DNA of 64,000 nucleotides from Escherichia coli (GTDB lineage Bacteria; Pseudomonadota; Gammaproteobacteria; Enterobacterales; Enterobacteriaceae): NCBI RefSeq assembly GCF_003334385.1, contig NZ_QOWN01000017.1; one strand, 5' to 3'. Shown piece by piece: positions 60,883 to 64,000 of this stretch (position 1 is its first letter; each line of letters starts with the position of its first letter). The notes under the pieces were generated by a model. It saw only the letters and a program-made list of their open reading frames with translations, ran no database searches and was not told where the DNA came from. The position numbers and the translations under genes were made by a program.

Positions 60883-62169
60883 TTACCCAGCTTTCTTATG
60901 GGGCATACATGGGACACTTTCAGATAGTCTTTTGTTAAGGAGTTCTATCTGTTCGTGATTGTTGTCTTTCATCCATGCTCCGTAAACATTGAATACCATT
61001 TGTGCGTTTGTGTGGCCCATCTGGCTTGCGATAAAACTAGGATTAGCTCCAGCGGCAAGTGACCAGCATGCATAAGTATGCCTGGATTGGTACGATTTTC
61101 TGTGTCTCAGACCTGCGCGTTTTAAGATACTTGTCCATGACTCCCTGATGGAGTCAACCTTATAGTGCGGTCCGGAAAACTGCCGCTGTTTTATTACCTG
61201 AGGACTAAAAACAAAAGTGCATTTATGCACAGTACTTCTCCCATATTCCCTCTGCTTTACCTCTACAGAATGTTGCTTTCCAAGCATGGTCATTTCCGCC
61301 TGACTTTTAAGAGCATCAATAGCTGGTTGAACCAGATGAATTGTCCTTCCGGTGCCAGCATCGGTTTTTGGTGGAGTGAATTCGCCAAGTTTTGTATAAT
61401 TCCTACGGATGGTTATAGTCCTTGCTTTAAGATCTATATCTTCCCATGCCAGCGATACCAGCTCCCCGTGACGAATACCCGTGTATACAGCGAGAATCCA
61501 CAGGTTTTTTGTTTGTTGATGACGGCAAGCCTCAATAAAACGAATAAATTCGTCACGGGTGAGAGGATCTGGTTTTACCTTGGACTTTTTTAAGGGGGCC
61601 AGACCGTTAAATGGGTTTCCTGAGGTATAACCATTATCTGTTGCAAATTGAAACATTCCAGCTATGGTTGTCATATAGTAGTTTACTGTGACCACTGAGC
61701 GCCCTTTTATGGAAGAAATCTTTCCATTAGAAAGCTTTTGGTAACCGGTCAACAAATCTCTCCTTGCGAAAAGTAAATCCTCTTTTGTTATGGATGAAAC
61801 CAGTTTTTTCTCACCCAACATAGGCAACATGTTTTTAATTACTGACTGGTAACGATTAAGTGCATTCGCACAAATCTCAATTTTCTTAAGGTCCAACCAT
61901 TTTTCCGAAAGTGCCTTAACGGTTATCTCTCTTTTTCCCAGACCAAAGTGTTTCAGGTTAGGGGAATTAGGGAACTGTGTAGCGTAGTCGAAACTCCCCA
62001 TTCTGATTGCAAAACAAACGGAAGTGCGAAGTTCACCTGCGATCTTCCGGTTTTTGGCGGTGTCAGGAACACCGAGGTTTTCTCTGACACGTTTGCCATT
62101 ATAGTGAAACCATATACGGAGTGATCCTCCATGGTTTTCAACGCCTGTCGGGTATGATACGTTACTCAT
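60883..62169 (-). CDS. int: phage tyrosine integrase (lambda Int family)
   Basis: 428 aa ORF; C-terminal catalytic region with conserved R...HxxR...Y pattern (SRHTYACW ... VYGAW); located at prophage end adjacent to att junction. Confidence 0.9.
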   Translation of the reverse strand: MSNVSYPTGVENHGGSLRIWFHYNGKRVRENLGVPDTAKNRKIAGELRTSVCFAIRMGSFDYATQFPNSPNLKHFGLGKREITVKALSEKWLDLKKIEICANALNRYQSVIKNMLPMLGEKKLVSSITKEDLLFARRDLLTGYQKLSNGKISSIKGRSVVTVNYYMTTIAGMFQFATDNGYTSGNPFNGLAPLKKSKVKPDPLTRDEFIRFIEACRHQQTKNLWILAVYTGIRHGELVSLAWEDIDLKARTITIRRNYTKLGEFTPPKTDAGTGRTIHLVQPAIDALKSQAEMTMLGKQHSVEVKQREYGRSTVHKCTFVFSPQVIKQRQFSGPHYKVDSIRESWTSILKRAGLRHRKSYQSRHTYACWSLAAGANPSFIASQMGHTNAQMVFNVYGAWMKDNNHEQIELLNKRLSESVPCMPHKKAG

Positions 62170-62202
62170 TAAACCTCCCAGACGTCCAGGAGCATTAACA
62201 GG

Positions 62203-62457
62203 TTAACCGGAACTTGCATTTTTGGCACCTGGTTGTTTCTGGTTTTCGATCCATCGCATAATTTCTTCGATGTTGTACAGGCATTCACTGTAATGCCCAG
62301 GATCACCTTCTACAGCGTAATGGCGGTATTCTTTTCCCTGCATCCATGACTTTCTTCTGGCCCGCTCGATGGTGCCGGGCTTTAGCCCTGTTGATGCAAT
62401 AAGGACTCTCTCCGTACACCATTTGCTGGGGGTTATCTGATAGATGATTGTCTGCAT
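62203..62457 (-). CDS. xis: putative excisionase (Xis-like small DNA-binding protein)
   Basis: 84 aa basic ORF immediately upstream of and co-oriented with int (33 bp gap), the canonical xis position; no sequence identity to lambda Xis, so call rests on position and size. Confidence 0.5.
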   Translation of the reverse strand: MQTIIYQITPSKWCTERVLIASTGLKPGTIERARRKSWMQGKEYRHYAVEGDPGHYSECLYNIEEIMRWIENQKQPGAKNASSG

Positions 62458-62475
62458 GCCAGCCTCATAAAACTT

Positions 62476-62610
62476 TCATCCACGGCAGTGGCACCACATT
62501 TCAAACATTCGCTTCACAACTTCACGACAGTAGAAGCCATCAACATCTCGCGTCAGGTCATAGTGATTGCCGTAACGCTGGTGGACCCATCGTTCAAATG
62601 CTTTATTCAT
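62476..62610 (-). CDS. hypothetical small phage protein (44 aa)
   Basis: ORF MNKAFERWVHQRYGNHYDLTRDVDGFYCREVVKRMFEMWCHCRG with AAGGAAG Shine-Dalgarno, start 3 nt after the stop of the upstream ORF (translational coupling); below ORF-track size cutoff. Confidence 0.35.
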   Translation of the reverse strand: MNKAFERWVHQRYGNHYDLTRDVDGFYCREVVKRMFEMWCHCRG

Positions 62611-62613
62611 TCT

Positions 62614-62856
62614 TTACTTCCTTTTTATGGCTCGTAATTTTTTCAGGTGCTTTTCCTGCTCAGTGTCCGCGAGAATTTTGCGGTACTCCTGGTGGTCAAT
62701 ATGTTCGAACAGGCAGTTTAACTCACCAATGCGTACCCGCCCGGATCGTCCGTCCACCCGTCGAAAGAACACTGAGTGCTCAGTGATGCGAGTAATCACC
62801 ACGGGGTATCCGGCTCTGTCCGTGTATATCTGACCGCGTTGAATCAAAGCGAACAT
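62614..62856 (-). CDS. hypothetical small phage protein (about 80 aa)
   Basis: Track ORF 62614..62892; ATG start MFALIQRGQIYTDRAGYPVVITRITEHSVFF... at 62856; co-oriented in int-xis early-left operon. Confidence 0.5.
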   Translation of the reverse strand: MFALIQRGQIYTDRAGYPVVITRITEHSVFFRRVDGRSGRVRIGELNCLFEHIDHQEYRKILADTEQEKHLKKLRAIKRK

Positions 62857-62940
62857 GTGGTTATCCCCATCGACAAATCGAGAACACAACAAACGCTGCT
62901 GCGAATACCACCCCCAGAGTTACGATTGCATCAGGCCAGC

Positions 62941-63885
62941 TCATTGATTCACCTCCTGCCTGTCGTCCGGCATTCGCTCACTACAGCTTATCCAACCATC
63001 CGGAGTTACCGGAACTTGTGGAATGGCTGTCTGCTCTCGAACGTCATTAGGCGCTATAGGTTCTGCTGCCAACTGACTGGCATATTTGTTAATGGTAACG
63101 ATAAGCTCTTGCTCAGCCTCATCCAGACAATCACCGATACCTCGCCTGTCACCGTCAAAATCATCGAAATCGGCACGAATCCTGGCAACCTTCAGGATTG
63201 CGGACAACACCTCACTAGGAATTGCCGGATAGTTGGTTGACGTTTCCGCGATTTCCCGAAAATTATTGGTTGACGAATTCTTGTTTTCCCGAAAGTTTCC
63301 GGACTGAAGCATGGCGGCGCGGCAGGCGTTCCATATTTCGGCAGCAATATCGCGCTCGCTATCGGTTAATTTGTACGTTGAAACATAGCCAGAGAGCATT
63401 TCTACGTTTTCCGGAGTTGCTTCTTCAGGCACTACCGGTGCTGGCTCACGTATTACAGGCTCGCCCATGCGTGATTCTCCCTGCGCCTCTTTCACCATGT
63501 GGTCATTGATTTGCTCCAGTCGCCGAACGTGCTCATCAGCTTCAAGCGCTCGCCGTTTCCAGATGGACAGGTCTTCACGAGCGCCCTGATATGCGTCACC
63601 GTATTCGCCGTTAAATACTGGCGCTGGCGGGGCGATGCGTCCAAGCAACTTATTTACCTCTTTCGCCATCGCGTCATATTTATCTAAATAGCGATTAGCT
63701 TCTAAGCAGACTCGGTGCATCTGATCTGAGTTAACTCGTTTAACTGGATCTGCTTCCAATGATGCCAGTGCAATTCGTGCCAGTTCTTCCGCTTCTTCTG
63801 CTGGCAGTACAACGTTGCTACCCGGTCCGTATGTTTCGCGCCACTGCTTGATTGTCAGCAGTCGCCCTTTGGTAATAGTGATCAT
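62941..63885 (-). CDS. hypothetical phage protein (314 aa), acidic, with C-terminal PDGWIS..ERMP motif
   Basis: Track ORF; ATG with upstream AGAGGATAA RBS; co-oriented with int/xis; no recognisable catalytic motif. Confidence 0.55.
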   Translation of the reverse strand: MITITKGRLLTIKQWRETYGPGSNVVLPAEEAEELARIALASLEADPVKRVNSDQMHRVCLEANRYLDKYDAMAKEVNKLLGRIAPPAPVFNGEYGDAYQGAREDLSIWKRRALEADEHVRRLEQINDHMVKEAQGESRMGEPVIREPAPVVPEEATPENVEMLSGYVSTYKLTDSERDIAAEIWNACRAAMLQSGNFRENKNSSTNNFREIAETSTNYPAIPSEVLSAILKVARIRADFDDFDGDRRGIGDCLDEAEQELIVTINKYASQLAAEPIAPNDVREQTAIPQVPVTPDGWISCSERMPDDRQEVNQ

Positions 63886-63888
63886 GGG

Positions 63889-64000
63889 TTATCCTCTTAG
63901 CGCCACAACGCGCACTTCTGGGTCAAAGGATGATGAATTTTCATCTGTAATATCAGCAACATGACCTACAAAGTCGTTATACTCACACTCTGATTGTTCA
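63889..64000 (-). CDS. 3' end of a further phage ORF (gene begins beyond window end)
   Basis: Minus-strand frame open from window end to TAA at 63889-63891 (...FVGHVADITDENSSSFDPEVRVVALRG), stop 3 nt before the next ATG. Confidence 0.3.
   Translation of the reverse strand, partial: EQSECEYNDFVGHVADITDENSSSFDPEVRVVALRG

Larger units (their letters stand above)
60846..64000. mobile_element. lambdoid prophage, left (int-proximal) arm, integrated in mlrA/yehV; continues beyond window end
   Basis: Abrupt loss of mlrA coding similarity at about 60845; tyrosine integrase gene ending 37 bp from junction and transcribed toward it; xis-like gene and small phage-type ORFs all on minus strand; lower GC and no K-12-like synteny. 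Confidence 0.8.

Noticed and set aside
62448-63240. Plus-strand ORFs (112 and 154 aa) in the prophage arm
   Set aside because: Antisense to the co-oriented minus-strand int-xis early operon ORFs; no start context.

Overview
This window is an Escherichia coli chromosomal segment, colinear with the reverse complement of the K-12 yehW to yejE region (about b2128 to b2179), read from the sequence and the ORF track; gene names are assigned from my recollection of the translated proteins and the known gene order, not from a database search. It runs yejE'-yejB-yejA-rtn-mepS-lpxT-yeiRQP-yeiW-setB-fruBKA-psuKGT-yeiL-rihB-nupX-yeiI-nfo-yeiH-yeiE-lysP-cirA-yeiG-folE-yeiB-galS-mglBAC-preAT-yeiS-sanA-cdd-yohKJ-dusC-yohP-mdtQ-yohF-yohD-yohC-pbpG-dld-bglX-osmF(yehZ)-yehYXW-yohO-mlrA'. 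Four things depart from a plain K-12-like core. (1) From about 60846 to the window end is the left arm of a lambdoid prophage (tyrosine integrase, putative excisionase, uncharacterised small ORFs) inserted into mlrA (yehV), which is left as a 3' fragment. This is the classic EHEC O157:H7 Stx-prophage integration site, but the window does not reach any stx genes. (2) cirA carries a +1 frameshift in a T-run. (3) yejA carries an in-frame TGA. (4) mdtQ, which I recall as a pseudogene in K-12, is intact here. I also flag a GC-rich hairpin-dense element between dusC and yohP, and a shared leader hairpin upstream of the paralogous transporters psuT and nupX. No rRNA, tRNA or CRISPR array was seen. 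The most likely candidate for anything undescribed is the prophage cargo next to int/xis, but I cannot assign it a function from sequence alone.
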